Counted from the stretch's first letter, positions 21,480-32,485 are shown. The stretch is 64,000 nt of DNA from an uncultured Actinomycetota bacterium (GCA_963849885.1 CAWKIV010000003.1:5116-69115), one strand, 5' to 3'. The notes: generated from the sequence alone by a model not told the origin. Translations and numbers: made by a program.

Positions 21480-21734
21480 CTAGGCGATCCGCACCACTCC
21501 CGTCTCGTCGTCCGGCAGCGTGCGCTTCGCGGGATGCTCCACCAGGGCCAGCACCCGGCTGGCCATGAACCGCGCGGTCCGGACCGGGGTCCCGCCGCGG
21601 GTCACCTCCGTGACCTCGACGATGCCCCGGCCGGTGCGGATGTCCACCCGCCGGCCGGCCCGCGTCGCGGTCACCTCGTACGTCTTCGTGTCGCCACCGG
21701 CGTCGATGACGACCTCCACCCTGTCGCCCTTCAT
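21480..21734 (-). CDS. Small (84 aa) beta-rich hypothetical protein
   Basis: ATG 21734 gives MKGDRVEVVIDAGGDTKTYEVTATRAGRRV... with GC-rich third codon positions. Confidence 0.75.
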   Translation of the reverse strand: MKGDRVEVVIDAGGDTKTYEVTATRAGRRVDIRTGRGIVEVTEVTRGGTPVRTARFMASRVLALVEHPAKRTLPDDETGVVRIA

Positions 21735-21736
21735 AC

Positions 21737-21752
21737 TCAAATCAACGTTCGA
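21737..21752. promoter_or_regulatory. Candidate LexA (SOS) box
   Basis: TCAAATCAACGTTCGA matches 10/12 of TCGAAC-N4-GTTCGA; extra TCGAAC half-site at 21759-21764. Confidence 0.55.
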
Positions 21753-21858
21753 AGAGGCTCGAACACTCCCTGTGGACGCAATGCGGGCATACCGGCTGTG
21801 GGCGGCGGCCGCCGGGCGGGACCCGAGATCGACACCGACTGGACGGCCCGCTGACCGG

Positions 21859-23865
21859 TCAGAAGAGCTCGAGCGGGTCGAGCTGGACCCGCACCGGGTC
21901 GGGCGCCTTGCGGGCGCTGCGCACCGCCGCGGCGGCGTGCAGCGCCCGGGCCAGCGCCAGCCCGTCCGGGCGCGGGACCCGCAGCAGCAGCCGCTCGGCG
22001 CCGTCGCCGGCCGCGACCGGGCCGAGCGGCTCGGCCGTGGGCGGGAGGTGGGCGGCGGCGACGAAGTCGGCGACGGCGGCCGGCGCGCCGGTGAGCGACG
22101 CGAACCGGCACGCCGGCGGGAAGCCGAGCTCACCCCGCTCGGCGAGCTCCCGCCCGGCGAAGCCGCCGGCATCCCACCGGACCAGCGCCTGCACCACCGG
22201 CAGGCCGGCGTCCGCGGCCAGCACCACCCGCCCGCCGGCGCCGGCCGGGCGGACCAGCGCGGCCGCGTTCGCCCACCGGCGCAGCGCCTCCTCGGCGGCG
22301 CGCAGGTCCGGCCGGGTCAGCAGCGCCCAGCCGTCCAGCAGCAGCGCCGCGCCGTAGCCCCCGGGCACCCGCGGCTCGGCCCCCGGGGTGGCCACCACCA
22401 GCGCGGGCTCCGCCGGCACCGCGGCCAGCACGGTGTCGCCCCCGGACGAGCGCACCGGCACCCCGGGGAACGCGCGGCCCAGCTCCTCGGCGGTGCGGCC
22501 GGCGCCGACCACCGCGGCCCGCAGCCGGGTGCCGGCGCAGGTCGGGCAGGCCCAGTCCGCGGCCGGCCGGCCGCACCAGCGGCAGGCCGGCACACCCCCG
22601 CCGGCCCCGGCCCCGAGCGGTCCGGAGCAGGCCGGGCAGCGGGCCGGGGCGCGGCAGCGGGCGCAGGCCAGCGCCGGCACGTACCCCCGCCGGGGCACCT
22701 GCACCAGCACCGGCGCCCCGGCGGCCAGCGCCTCCCGCGCGGTGCGCCAGGCCAGCGTGGGCAGCCGGGCGGTGCGGGCGCCGGCGTCCCGGGCCTGCTC
22801 GGTGTCGTCGCCGGCCGCCACCACCCGCGGCGCCGCCGCCCGCACCGCCGGCCGGGGCGCGGCGATCTCGTGCGCCCAGCCGGTGCCGAGCAGCTGGTGC
22901 GCCTCGGCGGTCCGGGCGTGCGCGCCGAGCAGCGCGGCCGCGCCGGCCAGGTGGGCGCGCAGCACCAGCAGGTCGCGGGCGTGCGGGTACGGCGCCCGGG
23001 GCTCGGCGTGCAGGTCGTCCCCGTCGTCCCAGATCGCGACCAGGCCCAGGTCGGCGACCGGGGCGAACCCGGCGGCCCGGGTGCCGGCGACCACCCGGAC
23101 GGCGCCGCGGCGGGCGGCCAGCCAGCGCCGGTAGCGCTCGGCCGGGCCGAGGTCGGCGGCCAGCGCGACGTGCCGACCCGGGCCGAGCCGGGTCGCCAGC
23201 GCCGCGTCCAGCCGGTCCAGGTCGGTCCGGTCCGGCACCACCAGGACCGCGCCGCGGCCGCCGGCCGCGGTGGCCGCGGCCGCCTCGGCCAGCCGGGCCG
23301 GCCAGTCCTCGCCGGGCAGCGCGGACCACACCGCCCGGGCCGGGCGGCCGGCGGCCAGCGCGCGCAGGAACGCCGGGCCGGTCTCGTACGAGTCCCAGCC
23401 GGCCGGCGGCGGCGCCTCCGGCGGGGCCGCCGGCTCCCGGGCCGGCTCCCCCTCGACCCTGGCGTGCCGCGGCGGCAGCGCGAGCCGGAGCACGTCGGTC
23501 AGCGAACCGGCCCACCGGTCGGCCACCGCCCGGGCCAGCCGGGCCACCTCCGGCACCAGCACCGGCTCGGCCGACACCGCCCGCTCGACGTACGCGAGCT
23601 TCCCGTCGTGGTCGGTGGTCGCCACCCGCTCCAGCACCACCGCGTCGACCAGCTGCCCGGCGAACCGGACCCGGACCCGGGTGCCGGCGGCCACGGTGCC
23701 GTCCAGCGTGGTCGGCACCAGGTAGTCGAACGGGCGGTCCAGGTGGGCCAGCGGCACGTCGACCACCACCCGGGCGACCGGGTCCCGCTCGGCCGGCACC
23801 CGCTGCTCGGGCCGCCGCTTCCCCCGCGCCGGGGCCCGGCCCGTCGCCGGCCCGCTCGTGCTCAC
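21859..23865 (-). CDS. priA: Primosomal protein N' (actinobacterial type)
   Basis: HLDRPFDY, four CxxC pairs, GAGRTAEELGRAFPG, VRVQLDP. Confidence 0.95.
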   Translation of the reverse strand: MSTSGPATGRAPARGKRRPEQRVPAERDPVARVVVDVPLAHLDRPFDYLVPTTLDGTVAAGTRVRVRFAGQLVDAVVLERVATTDHDGKLAYVERAVSAEPVLVPEVARLARAVADRWAGSLTDVLRLALPPRHARVEGEPAREPAAPPEAPPPAGWDSYETGPAFLRALAAGRPARAVWSALPGEDWPARLAEAAAATAAGGRGAVLVVPDRTDLDRLDAALATRLGPGRHVALAADLGPAERYRRWLAARRGAVRVVAGTRAAGFAPVADLGLVAIWDDGDDLHAEPRAPYPHARDLLVLRAHLAGAAALLGAHARTAEAHQLLGTGWAHEIAAPRPAVRAAAPRVVAAGDDTEQARDAGARTARLPTLAWRTAREALAAGAPVLVQVPRRGYVPALACARCRAPARCPACSGPLGAGAGGGVPACRWCGRPAADWACPTCAGTRLRAAVVGAGRTAEELGRAFPGVPVRSSGGDTVLAAVPAEPALVVATPGAEPRVPGGYGAALLLDGWALLTRPDLRAAEEALRRWANAAALVRPAGAGGRVVLAADAGLPVVQALVRWDAGGFAGRELAERGELGFPPACRFASLTGAPAAVADFVAAAHLPPTAEPLGPVAAGDGAERLLLRVPRPDGLALARALHAAAAVRSARKAPDPVRVQLDPLELF

Positions 23866-23921
23866 CGGTCGGGTCTACCAGAAACCGCCAGCACTCCCCC
23901 GCCGCCGTCCCCACCCGCCCC

Positions 23922-24021
23922 GCCGACTGAGCAGTCCCGGCCGACGGGCCGACCGACGAGCAGCTATAGCTGCTCAGTCGGCCCTCGACGTCCTCAGCCG
24001 CGCGCCGACCTTCTCAGTCGG
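23922..24021. repeat. Nested inverted repeats in the metK-priA intergenic region
   Basis: Perfect palindrome GAGCAGCTATAGCTGCTC at 23958-23975; GCCGACTGAGCAG (23922) pairs with CTGCTCAGTCGGC (23970). Confidence 0.8.
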
Positions 24022-24160
24022 CGCCCACCCGCGGGTGACGGGCACCGCGACGCGACCACCGCGCCCGAGCCGGCCGGGGATCCCTGGAGCTCGCGACAGG
24101 GAAACCCGGCACCTCGCTGGGCGACCGCGCCGATCAACCGGACCGGCCGGACCCACCGGC

Positions 24161-24191
24161 CGCCCCGGGGGTCCGGGGGCCGCCCCCGGGA
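24161..24191. repeat. REP-like 31-nt element (second copy 46781-46811, related copy about 28201-28224)
   Basis: CGCCCCGGGGGTCCGGGGGCCGCCCCCGGGA vs CGCCCCGGGGTATGGGGGCCGCTCCCCGGGA. Confidence 0.6.
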
Positions 24192-24195
24192 TGAC

Positions 24196-25389
24196 TCAGC
24201 CCAGGACGCGCTTCTTCAGCTCGTCGGCGCGGTCGGTGCGCTCCCAGCTGAAGTCCGGCAGCTCGCGCCCGAAGTGCCCGTACGCCGAGGTCTGCGAGTA
24301 GATCGGCCGGAGCAGGTCGAGGTCGCGGATGATCGCGGCCGGCCGCAGGTCGAACACGTCGGTGATCGCGTCCTGGATCTTGTCGTCCGGCGCCGTGCCG
24401 GTGCCGAAGGTGTCCACGAACAGCCCGACCGGCTCGGCCTTGCCGATCGCGTACGCCACCTGCACCTCGCACCGGGTCGCCAGCCCGGCGGCGACCACGT
24501 TCTTCGCCACCCAGCGCATCGCGTACGCCGCCGAGCGGTCCACCTTCGACGGGTCCTTGCCGGAGAAGGCGCCGCCGCCGTGCCGCGCGTAGCCGCCGTA
24601 CGTGTCGACGATGATCTTCCGCCCGGTCAGCCCGGCGTCGCCCATCGGGCCGCCGATCTCGAACCGGCCGGTCGGGTTGACCAGCAGCCGGTAGCCCGCG
24701 GTGTCGATGTCCAGGCCGACCAGCTCCGGGTCGACCACGTGCTCCTTGATGTCCGGCTCGAGCAGGGTCTTCAGGTCGATGTCCGCGGCGTGCTGCGACG
24801 AGACCACGACGGTGTCCAGCCGGGCCGGCTTGCCGTCCACGTACTCGATCGTGACCTGCGTCTTCCCGTCCGGCCGCAGGTAGGGGACGGTGCCGTCCTT
24901 GCGGACCGCGGTGAGCCGGCGGGCCAGCCGGTGGGCCAGCGCGATCGGCAGCGGCATCAGCTCCGGCGTCTCGTCGCAGGCGAAGCCGAACATCAGGCCC
25001 TGGTCGCCGGCGCCCTGCTTGGCGACCTCGTCGACCTCGCCCTCCTCGCGGATCTCGTGCGAGGAGTCGACGCCCTGGGCGATGTCCGGGGACTGCGAGC
25101 CGATGGACACGTTGACGCCGCAGGACGCGCCGTCGAAGCCCTTCTTCGAGGAGTCGTAGCCGATCTCCAGGATCTTGTCGCGGACGATCGTGGGGATGTC
25201 CGCGTACGCGTCCGTGGTCACCTCGCCCGCGACGTGCACCTGGCCGGTGGTGATCAGGGTCTCGACCGCCACCCGACTGGTGCGGTCCTCCCGGAGCAGG
25301 GCGTCCAGGATCGCGTCGCTGATCGCGTCGGCGATCTTGTCCGGGTGACCCTCCGTCACGGACTCGGAGGTGAATAGACGGCGGGACAC
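24196..25389 (-). CDS. metK: S-adenosylmethionine synthetase
   Basis: [40 protein letters not shown]; GAGGAG SD before GTG 25389. Confidence 0.99.
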   Translation of the reverse strand: MSRRLFTSESVTEGHPDKIADAISDAILDALLREDRTSRVAVETLITTGQVHVAGEVTTDAYADIPTIVRDKILEIGYDSSKKGFDGASCGVNVSIGSQSPDIAQGVDSSHEIREEGEVDEVAKQGAGDQGLMFGFACDETPELMPLPIALAHRLARRLTAVRKDGTVPYLRPDGKTQVTIEYVDGKPARLDTVVVSSQHAADIDLKTLLEPDIKEHVVDPELVGLDIDTAGYRLLVNPTGRFEIGGPMGDAGLTGRKIIVDTYGGYARHGGGAFSGKDPSKVDRSAAYAMRWVAKNVVAAGLATRCEVQVAYAIGKAEPVGLFVDTFGTGTAPDDKIQDAITDVFDLRPAAIIRDLDLLRPIYSQTSAYGHFGRELPDFSWERTDRADELKKRVLG

Positions 25390-25513
25390 AGCACTCCTCG
25401 GGGAACTCTGGGGGGTTGTCGCGCGGGAGTCTACCGGCGGCCCGCGGCACCCCCCATCACTCACCCGGTGCGAGGTACGGTGACGGCCCGCGACTCCCCC
25501 GCCGGAGGCCCCG

Positions 25514-26905
25514 ATGCGGCCACGCCCGCTGCTCGCCGCCCTGATCACCGCGGCCGCCCTGGTCGCCACCCTCCCCGGCACCGCGACGGCGGCGCCGGCC
25601 GGCCCGTCCCCGGGGGCGCCCGGGATCGGCGACCCCTACTTCCCGCTCGCCGGCAACGGCGGCTACGACGTCCGGTCGTACGGGCTGGACCTGCGCTACG
25701 ACCCGGCCACCCGCCGGCTGGTCGGCACGGCCGCGGTCCTGGCCACCGCGACCCAGGCGCTGAGCCGCTTCGACCTGGACCTGCGCGGCTTCACCGTGTC
25801 CTCGGTCACCGTCAACGGGCACCGGGCCGCCTGGAGCCGCGCCGGGCAGGAGCTGCGGATCACCCCGCACCGGGCGCTGCGCCGGGGCGCGCCGTTCCTG
25901 GTCACGGTCCGGTACGCCGGGGTGCCGCAGGTGATCACCGACCCGGACGGCTCCATCGAGGGTTTCGTGCCCACCGACGACGGCGCCTTCGTGGTCGGCG
26001 AGCCGCAGGGCGCGCCGGGCTGGTTCCCGTCGAACGACCACCCCACCGACAAGGCGACGATGACGCTGCGGATGAGCGTCCCGGCCGGGCTCACCGCGGT
26101 CGGCAACGGCCGGCTGCTCGCCCGGTCGACCCGGGCCGGCCGGAGCACCTTCGTCTGGCACGAGGGCAAGCCGATGGCCACCTACCTGGCCACCATCACT
26201 CTCGGGCGCTTCCAGGTGTACGAGGACACCGTCGGGCGCATCCCGGTGTACGTCGCCCTGGACCCGCGGGAGGCGGCCGCGGCCAAGCCGGTCACCGACC
26301 GGATCCCGGAGATCATGCGCTGGGAGCAGTCGCTGTTCGGGCCGTACCCGTTCGAGACCGTCGGCGCGATCGTCGACCGCGCGCCGGACGTCGGCTACGC
26401 GCTGGAGAGCCAGACGAAGCCCAACTTCGACAGCGCCCCCGACGTGTCCACGCTGGTGCACGAGCTGGCCCACCAGTGGTACGGCAACTCGGTGAGTCTG
26501 TCCCGGTGGAAGGACATCTGGCTCAACGAGGGCTTCGCCACCTACTCGGAGTGGCTGTGGGCGGAGCACACCGGCGAGGCGACCGCGCAGGAGCTCTTCG
26601 ACGAGGCGTACGCCCGGCCGGCCACCTCGGCGTTCTGGCAGCAGCCGGCCGGGAACCCGGGCGGCCCGGAGAACCTCTTCAACTCCCCCAGCTACGACCG
26701 CGGCGCGATGACCCTGCACGCGCTGCGGGTCCGGATCGGCGACCGGGCGTTCTTCCGGCTGCTCAAGGCCTGGGCGCAGATCCACCGGTACGGCAACACC
26801 AGCACGCCCGAGCTGGTCGCGCTGGCCGAGCGGATCTCCGGGATGCAGCTGGACCGGCTCTTCCGGGTCTGGCTGTACGTCCCCGGCAAGCCCACCAGCT
26901 GGTAG
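25514..26905 (+). CDS. Secreted M1 family zinc aminopeptidase
   Basis: Signal peptide, [23 protein letters not shown]...WLNEGFATY. Confidence 0.93.
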   Translation: MRPRPLLAALITAAALVATLPGTATAAPAGPSPGAPGIGDPYFPLAGNGGYDVRSYGLDLRYDPATRRLVGTAAVLATATQALSRFDLDLRGFTVSSVTVNGHRAAWSRAGQELRITPHRALRRGAPFLVTVRYAGVPQVITDPDGSIEGFVPTDDGAFVVGEPQGAPGWFPSNDHPTDKATMTLRMSVPAGLTAVGNGRLLARSTRAGRSTFVWHEGKPMATYLATITLGRFQVYEDTVGRIPVYVALDPREAAAAKPVTDRIPEIMRWEQSLFGPYPFETVGAIVDRAPDVGYALESQTKPNFDSAPDVSTLVHELAHQWYGNSVSLSRWKDIWLNEGFATYSEWLWAEHTGEATAQELFDEAYARPATSAFWQQPAGNPGGPENLFNSPSYDRGAMTLHALRVRIGDRAFFRLLKAWAQIHRYGNTSTPELVALAERISGMQLDRLFRVWLYVPGKPTSW

Positions 26906-28129
26906 TCAGGCCAGGCGGGGAGTCACCAGGTCCCAGACGGTGGCGGCGAGGGCCGCCTTCGGCCCGGGCGGCACCTCGACCTCGCCGCCGTCCGCGGTCA
27001 GCACCACCGCGCGGTTGTCGGGGGTGCCGAAGGCCAGCCCGTCGCCGACCGGGTTGACCACCAGCAGGTCGCAGCGCTTGCGGGCGAGCTTGCGCCGGCC
27101 GTGGGTGAGCCAGTCGGCCTCGGCGTCGCCGGTCTCGGCGGCGAAGCCGACCACCAGCTGGCCGGGCCGGCGCGCGGCCACCAGCTCGGCCAGCACGTCC
27201 GCGGTGCGCTCCAGCGCGACCGGCGGCGGCGGGCCGGCCTCCTTCTTGATCTTGGCCGACTCGGCCTGGACCGGCCGGAAGTCGGCCACCGCGGCCGCCA
27301 TGACGACCACGTCGGCGTCGGCGGCCGCGACCAGCGTCACGTCCCGCAGCTCGGCCGCCGACCGCACGGGCAGCACCTCGGCGCCGGTCGGGTCGGGCAG
27401 CGCGACGTTCGCGGACACCACCGTCACCTCGGCGCCGCGGGCCGCGGCGACCAGCGCCAGCGCGTACCCCTGCCGGCCGCTGGACCGGTTGCCGAGGAAG
27501 CGCACCGGGTCCACCGCCTCCCGGGTGCCGCCGGCGGTGACCAGCACCCGCCGGCCGGCGAGGTCGCGGGGCAGGCAGTCCGGGCGGGCCAGCAGCAGCC
27601 GGGCCAGCTCGGCCAGGTCGGCCGGGTCGGGCAGCCGGCCGCGGCCGGTGTCCGCGCCGGTCAGCCGGCCCACCGCGGGGTCCACCACGACCACCCCGCG
27701 GTCGCGCAGGGTGGCCACGTTGGCCCGGGTGGCCGGGTGCTCCCACATCTCGGTGTGCATGGCCGGCGCCACCAGCACCGGGCCGCGGGCGGTGAGCAGC
27801 ACGTTGGTGAGCAGGTCGTCGGCCAGCCCGTGCGCGGCCCGGCCGAGCAGGTCGGCGGTCGCCGGCGCGACCACCACCAGGTCGGCCTCCCGGCCCAGCC
27901 GCACGTGCGGCACGTCCTCGGCGCCGGTCCACACGTCGGTGCGCACCGGGTGGCCGGACAGCGCCGCCCAGGTCGCCTCCCCGACGAAGCGCAGCGCGCC
28001 GGCGGTGGGCACCACCCGCACGTCGTGCCCGGTCTCGGTGAGCAGCCGCAGCAGCTCGGCCGCCTTGTACGCGGCGATGCCCCCGGTGACGCCCAGCACC
28101 ACCCGCGGCCGGTCGGCTGTCCCGCTCAC
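26906..28129 (-). CDS. coaBC: Phosphopantothenoylcysteine decarboxylase/synthetase
   Basis: LGVTGGIAAYK, PAMHTEMW, TAGGTRE, GNRSSGRQG, GFAAET. Confidence 0.98.
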   Translation of the reverse strand: MSGTADRPRVVLGVTGGIAAYKAAELLRLLTETGHDVRVVPTAGALRFVGEATWAALSGHPVRTDVWTGAEDVPHVRLGREADLVVVAPATADLLGRAAHGLADDLLTNVLLTARGPVLVAPAMHTEMWEHPATRANVATLRDRGVVVVDPAVGRLTGADTGRGRLPDPADLAELARLLLARPDCLPRDLAGRRVLVTAGGTREAVDPVRFLGNRSSGRQGYALALVAAARGAEVTVVSANVALPDPTGAEVLPVRSAAELRDVTLVAAADADVVVMAAAVADFRPVQAESAKIKKEAGPPPPVALERTADVLAELVAARRPGQLVVGFAAETGDAEADWLTHGRRKLARKRCDLLVVNPVGDGLAFGTPDNRAVVLTADGGEVEVPPGPKAALAATVWDLVTPRLA

Positions 28130-28286
28130 CGGCCCAGCCTAGGGCGGGCGTCAGGCGGTGCGCTGCCGGGCCGCCGCGCCGGGCGACGGCCACCGCGGCC
28201 GGGATCCGGGGGGTCGTCCCCCGGCCGACATCAGTCGGGCAGCCACCGGCGGAGCGAGCGAGGCGCCGCCGAGTGAGCGGAGCAGG

Positions 28287-28550
28287 CTACTCCGCGACCG
28301 ACTCGTGGGTGAGCAGGCCGGAGTTGATCTCGCGGAGGGCGATCGAGAGCGGCTTCTCCTGCGGCTGGGTGTCGACCAGCGGGCCGACGTACTCCAGCAG
28401 GCCCTCGCCGAGCTGGCTGTAGTACGCGTTGATCTGGCGGGCGCGCTTGGCCGCGTAGATCACCAGCGCGTACTTCGAGCTGGTGCGCTCGAGCAGCTCG
28501 TCGATAGGGGGGTTGGTGATCCCCTCGGGGACCGCGACGGTGCCGGACAA
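28287..28550 (-). CDS. rpoZ: RNA polymerase omega subunit
   Basis: [40 protein letters not shown]. Confidence 0.98.
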   Translation of the reverse strand: MSGTVAVPEGITNPPIDELLERTSSKYALVIYAAKRARQINAYYSQLGEGLLEYVGPLVDTQPQEKPLSIALREINSGLLTHESVAE

Positions 28551-28558
28551 AGTGTCAA

Positions 28559-29158
28559 CTACTTCCTGCGCCGGGGAACTGGGTGCTCTATCAACGTTAC
28601 CAACTCGTCGGCCGCGCGCTCGACCGAGTCGTTGACCACGGTGACGTCGAACTCCGCCTCGCTGGCCAGCTCGATCATGGCCTGGTCCAGCCGCTGCCGG
28701 ATGATCTCCTCCGGCTCGGTGCCCCGCCCGGTCAGCCGCCGCTCCAGCTCGGCGAACGACGGCGGCGCCAGGAAGACGAACTGCGCGTCCGGCATCAGCT
28801 TGCGCACCTGCCGCATGCCCTGCAGCTCGATCACCAGGAACGCCGGCCGGCCGGCGGTCAGCCGGCGCAGCACCGGCTCCCGCGGGGTGCCGTAGAGGTT
28901 GCCGGCGTACTCGGCGTGCTCCAGCAGCTCCCCGGCCTCGATCATGTGCGCGATCCGGTCCCGGTCGACGAAGTGGTATTCCACCCCGTCGGTCTCGGTG
29001 GGCCGCGGCGCCCGGGTGGTCACCGAGGTGGACACCCAGACGTCGGGATGGCGGCGGCGCACCGCGGCCAGCACGGCGTCCTTGCCCACGCCGGAGGGAC
29101 CGGACAGCACCGTCAGCCGGGCCTCGGCGGGCCCGTCGGCACCCGGGACGAGCGACAC
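28559..29158 (-). CDS. gmk: Guanylate kinase
   Basis: [29 protein letters not shown]; GTG 29158 after GAGGAG. Confidence 0.96.
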   Translation of the reverse strand: MSLVPGADGPAEARLTVLSGPSGVGKDAVLAAVRRRHPDVWVSTSVTTRAPRPTETDGVEYHFVDRDRIAHMIEAGELLEHAEYAGNLYGTPREPVLRRLTAGRPAFLVIELQGMRQVRKLMPDAQFVFLAPPSFAELERRLTGRGTEPEEIIRQRLDQAMIELASEAEFDVTVVNDSVERAADELVTLIEHPVPRRRK

Positions 29159-29174
29159 AGGACGGAGCGTCTCC

Positions 29175-29504
29175 TCAGGAGGAGTCGGCGGACGCGCCGA
29201 ACTCCCGCTCGAGGGCGCTGCGCTGCTTGGCACCCAGACCCCGTACCCGCCGGGTCGGCGAGATCTCCAGCCGCTCCATGATCTTGGCGGCCCGGGCCTT
29301 GCCGACGCCCGGCATCGACTCCAGCACTGCGGAGACCCGCATCTTGCCGATGATGTCGTCGGACTCGCCGGCGGAGAGGACCTCCGCGATGGAGACCCCG
29401 TTGCGCTTGAGTCGCTCCTTCACTTCCGCCCGGGCTTTGCGGGCCGCGGCGGCCTTCTCCAGCGCGGCGGCACGCTGCTCCGGGGTGAGGGGCGGGAGGG
29501 GCAC
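29175..29504 (-). CDS. mihF: Actinobacterial integration host factor (mIHF/sIHF)
   Basis: [33 protein letters not shown]; TTGCCC-18-TAAGTT promoter at 29541-29570. Confidence 0.96.
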   Translation of the reverse strand: MPLPPLTPEQRAAALEKAAAARKARAEVKERLKRNGVSIAEVLSAGESDDIIGKMRVSAVLESMPGVGKARAAKIMERLEISPTRRVRGLGAKQRSALEREFGASADSS

Positions 29505-29595
29505 CTGAGATCTCCTCGGACGGGGCGGACGATGTGCGGCAACTTAGCGAGCCGCGACCCCCAGGGGCAACGTCGCAGCGCCAGTACGCCCCGGA

Positions 29596-30465
29596 TCAGC
29601 CGGATCCGGACGCCCGGTGTGACCGGATCGTGTCGACCTCGGCCGCCAGCCGGGCCGCCGCGGCCCGCAGCCGGGCCACGTCCGGACCGGCCCCGAGCAC
29701 CTCCCGGGAGGCCGCCGGCAGCACGTCCGGCAGCGCCGCACCGAAGACCGCGGGCAGGTCGGCGGCGGCCGCGCCCTGGGCGCCGAGGCCGGGTGCCAGC
29801 ACCGGCCCGCGCAGGTGGTCCAGCCGGTGCCCGTGCCCGGCCACGGTGGCGCCGACCACGACTCCGACCGAGCCGAGCGGGCCGCCGGTGCCGGCCAGCT
29901 CGGCCGCGTTCGCGGTGGCCACCTCGTCGAGCACCCGTTGGGCGACGGTGCGCCCGTCCGGCCCGGTGGCGCGCTGCACCGCGGCGCCCTCCGGGTTGGA
30001 GGTCAGGGCGAGCACGAAGACGCCGGCGCCGTGCGCGTACGCCGCGTCCAGCAGCGGGCGCAGCGAGCCGAAGCCCAGGTACGGGCTGGCGGTCAGCGCG
30101 TCCGCGGCCAGCGGCGAGGCCGGGTCGGTGTACGCGCCGGCGTAGCCGGCCATGGTGGAGCCGATGTCGCCGCGCTTGACGTCGAGCAGGGCCAGCGCGC
30201 CGGCCGCCCGGATGCCGGCCAGCACCCGCTCCAGCACCGCGATCCCGCGGCTGCCGAAGCGCTCGAAGAACGCCGACTGCGGCTTGAGCACGGCCACCCG
30301 GTCGGCCAGCGCGTCCACCACGGTGAGCGCGAACCGCTCCAGCCCGGCCGGGTCGGCCGGCAGCCCCCAGTCGCGCAGCAGCGGCAGGTGCGGGTCGATG
30401 CCGACGCACAGCGGTCCCCGCTCGGCGACCGCCGCCGCCAGCCGGCTGCCGAAGGCCTCGCTCAC
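29596..30465 (-). CDS. pyrF: Orotidine-5'-phosphate decarboxylase
   Basis: [35 protein letters not shown]. Confidence 0.97.
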   Translation of the reverse strand: MSEAFGSRLAAAVAERGPLCVGIDPHLPLLRDWGLPADPAGLERFALTVVDALADRVAVLKPQSAFFERFGSRGIAVLERVLAGIRAAGALALLDVKRGDIGSTMAGYAGAYTDPASPLAADALTASPYLGFGSLRPLLDAAYAHGAGVFVLALTSNPEGAAVQRATGPDGRTVAQRVLDEVATANAAELAGTGGPLGSVGVVVGATVAGHGHRLDHLRGPVLAPGLGAQGAAAADLPAVFGAALPDVLPAASREVLGAGPDVARLRAAAARLAAEVDTIRSHRASGSG

Positions 30466-30580
30466 CGTGTCCGCTCCTCGCTCACAGTGCCCGCTCCTCG
30501 GACAGGCCGGCAGGCGCGAGCGCCGGCCGGCCGGCCCTCGTCGCTCCCCGCTCGCGCTGCGAGCCCTCGCGCTCGCTCAC
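30462..30580 (-). other. Two chained, translationally coupled mini-ORFs (32 aa and 7 aa) built on a repeat element
   Basis: GTGA overlaps at 30577-80, 30482-85 and 30462-65 link pyrD to pyrF. Confidence 0.55.
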
Positions 30581-31599
30581 AGGTCGTCCTCGCCGAGGCG
30601 CCAGAGCGGGCGGGGCGGGGCGGCGGTGCGGTCGGGCCGGTGCTCGTCGCCGACCTTGGCCCGGTGGGCGTAGCCGACGGCGTCGGCGAGCCGGGCGAAG
30701 CCGCGCTCGGCGAGCGCGGCGCGCAGCTCGGCCAGCACCCGGCCGGGCGCGGACGGGTCGCCGAAGACCGCGGTGCCCACCGACACCGCGGACGCCCCGG
30801 CGAGCACGAACTGCAGCGCGTCCAGCCCGCTGGTGATCCCGCCGGCGCCGAGGACGGGCACGTCCGGCAGCGCCGCGTGCACCTGCCACACGCACCGGAC
30901 CGCGACCGGCCGGATGGCCGGCCCGGACAGCCCGCCGGTGGTGCCGGCCAGCACCGGGCGCAGCGTGTCCGGGTCGATCACCAGCCCGAGCAGCGTGTTG
31001 ATCAGGGTCAGCCCGTCCGCGCCGGCCCGCACGCAGGCCCGGGCGACGGCGACGATGTCGGTGACGTCCGGGGACAGCTTGGCCAGCACCGGGATCCCGT
31101 CCGGCGTCTCGGCCCGGACCGCGGCCACCACCCGGGCGGCCGCGTCCGGGTCGCAGGCGAAGACCTGGCCGCGGTCCTCCACGTTCGGGCAGGAGATGTT
31201 GACCTCGATCGCGACCAGCGCCGGCGCGTGCCGCAGCCGGCGGGCCAGCTCGGCGTAGTCGGCCACGCTGCCGCCGGCGATGCTGACCACCGCCCGGGCG
31301 GCCCGCGACGCCAGCCAGGGCAGGTCGTGCGCGACGAACGCGTCCACCCCGGGGTTCTGCAGGCCGATCGAGTTGAGCATGCCGCTCGGCGTCTCGGCCA
31401 TCCGCGGGGTCGGCCGGCCGGCCCGCGGGGCCAGGGTGACCGACTTGGTCACCACCGCGCCGAGCGAGGCGACCGGGACGAACGGCTCCAGCTCCCGGCC
31501 GGCGGCCGCGCAGCCGGACGCGGTCAGCACCGGGTTGGGCAAGGCGGCCGCGCCGAGCGCGGTGGACAGGTCGACCGCGTCGGCCGCCAGCGCGGTCAC
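30577..31599 (-). CDS. pyrD: Dihydroorotate dehydrogenase (class 1B) catalytic subunit
   Basis: NPVLTASG, GMLNSIGLQNPG, EVNISCPNV, KLSPDVTDI, GGLSGPAIRP. Confidence 0.96.
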   Translation of the reverse strand: MTALAADAVDLSTALGAAALPNPVLTASGCAAAGRELEPFVPVASLGAVVTKSVTLAPRAGRPTPRMAETPSGMLNSIGLQNPGVDAFVAHDLPWLASRAARAVVSIAGGSVADYAELARRLRHAPALVAIEVNISCPNVEDRGQVFACDPDAAARVVAAVRAETPDGIPVLAKLSPDVTDIVAVARACVRAGADGLTLINTLLGLVIDPDTLRPVLAGTTGGLSGPAIRPVAVRCVWQVHAALPDVPVLGAGGITSGLDALQFVLAGASAVSVGTAVFGDPSAPGRVLAELRAALAERGFARLADAVGYAHRAKVGDEHRPDRTAAPPRPLWRLGEDDL

Positions 31600-32485
31600 G
31601 CCGGCGCCCCGGCCGGCAGCGCGTCGGCCGGGCCGCCGGGCGCGCCCAGGGCGTCCGGCGGCACGGTCCCCACGTCCGACCAGCGGACCCGCTCGGCCGG
31701 GAACACCGGCCCGTCCACGCACGACCGGACCATCCGGGTCACCCCGTCCTCCCCGACCACCGGCAGCACGCAGGTCATGCACACCCCGATCCCGCAGGCC
31801 ATGGACTCCTCCACGGCGACCTGGCAGGGCAGCCCGTACGACTCGGCGACCGCGCCGACCTCGCGCAGCATCGCCATCGGGCCGCACGCGTACACGGCCA
31901 GCGCCCCGGTCCGCTCCAGCTCGTCGGGCAGCACGTCGACGACGGTGCCGCGCACCCCGGCCGAGCCGTCGTCGGTGGTCACGGTGACCGCGCCGGCGGT
32001 CCGCTTGGCCTCCAGCTCGCCGAACACCCGGTCCGCGGTGCCGCCGCCGAGCACGAAGTCGACCCGGCACTCCCGGGCCCGCAGCGCCTCGGCCAGGCCG
32101 AAGAGCGGGGCCGAGCCGTAGCCGCCGCCGACCAGCAGGCAGCCGGTCGGCGCGCCGGGCAGCCGGAACGGGGTGCCCAGCGGGCCGACCAGGTCCAGCG
32201 GCTCCCCCGGCCGCACCCCGGCCAGCCACTCGGTGCCCCGCCCGTGCACGCCGACCACGAACTGCACGGTCCCCGAGTACGCCCCCGTCGGGGTGGCCCG
32301 GTAGAGCGCGAAGGACCGGCGCAGCAGCAGCGCGGACACCGGCCCGCCGACCGACACGGCGACGAACTGCCCGGGCCGGGCCCGCTCGGCGATCCGGCCG
32401 GCGGCCACCTCGAGCAGGTGGTACGCCCCCACCCGGCGGCGGCCCAGCACCTCCCCGCGGACCTGCACCGGCCCCCGATCGACGG

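Noticed and set aside
25390-25513. SAM riboswitch upstream of metK
   Set aside because: -10 TAGACT at 25428-25433 leaves a leader of about 30 nt; no SAM aptamer motifs.
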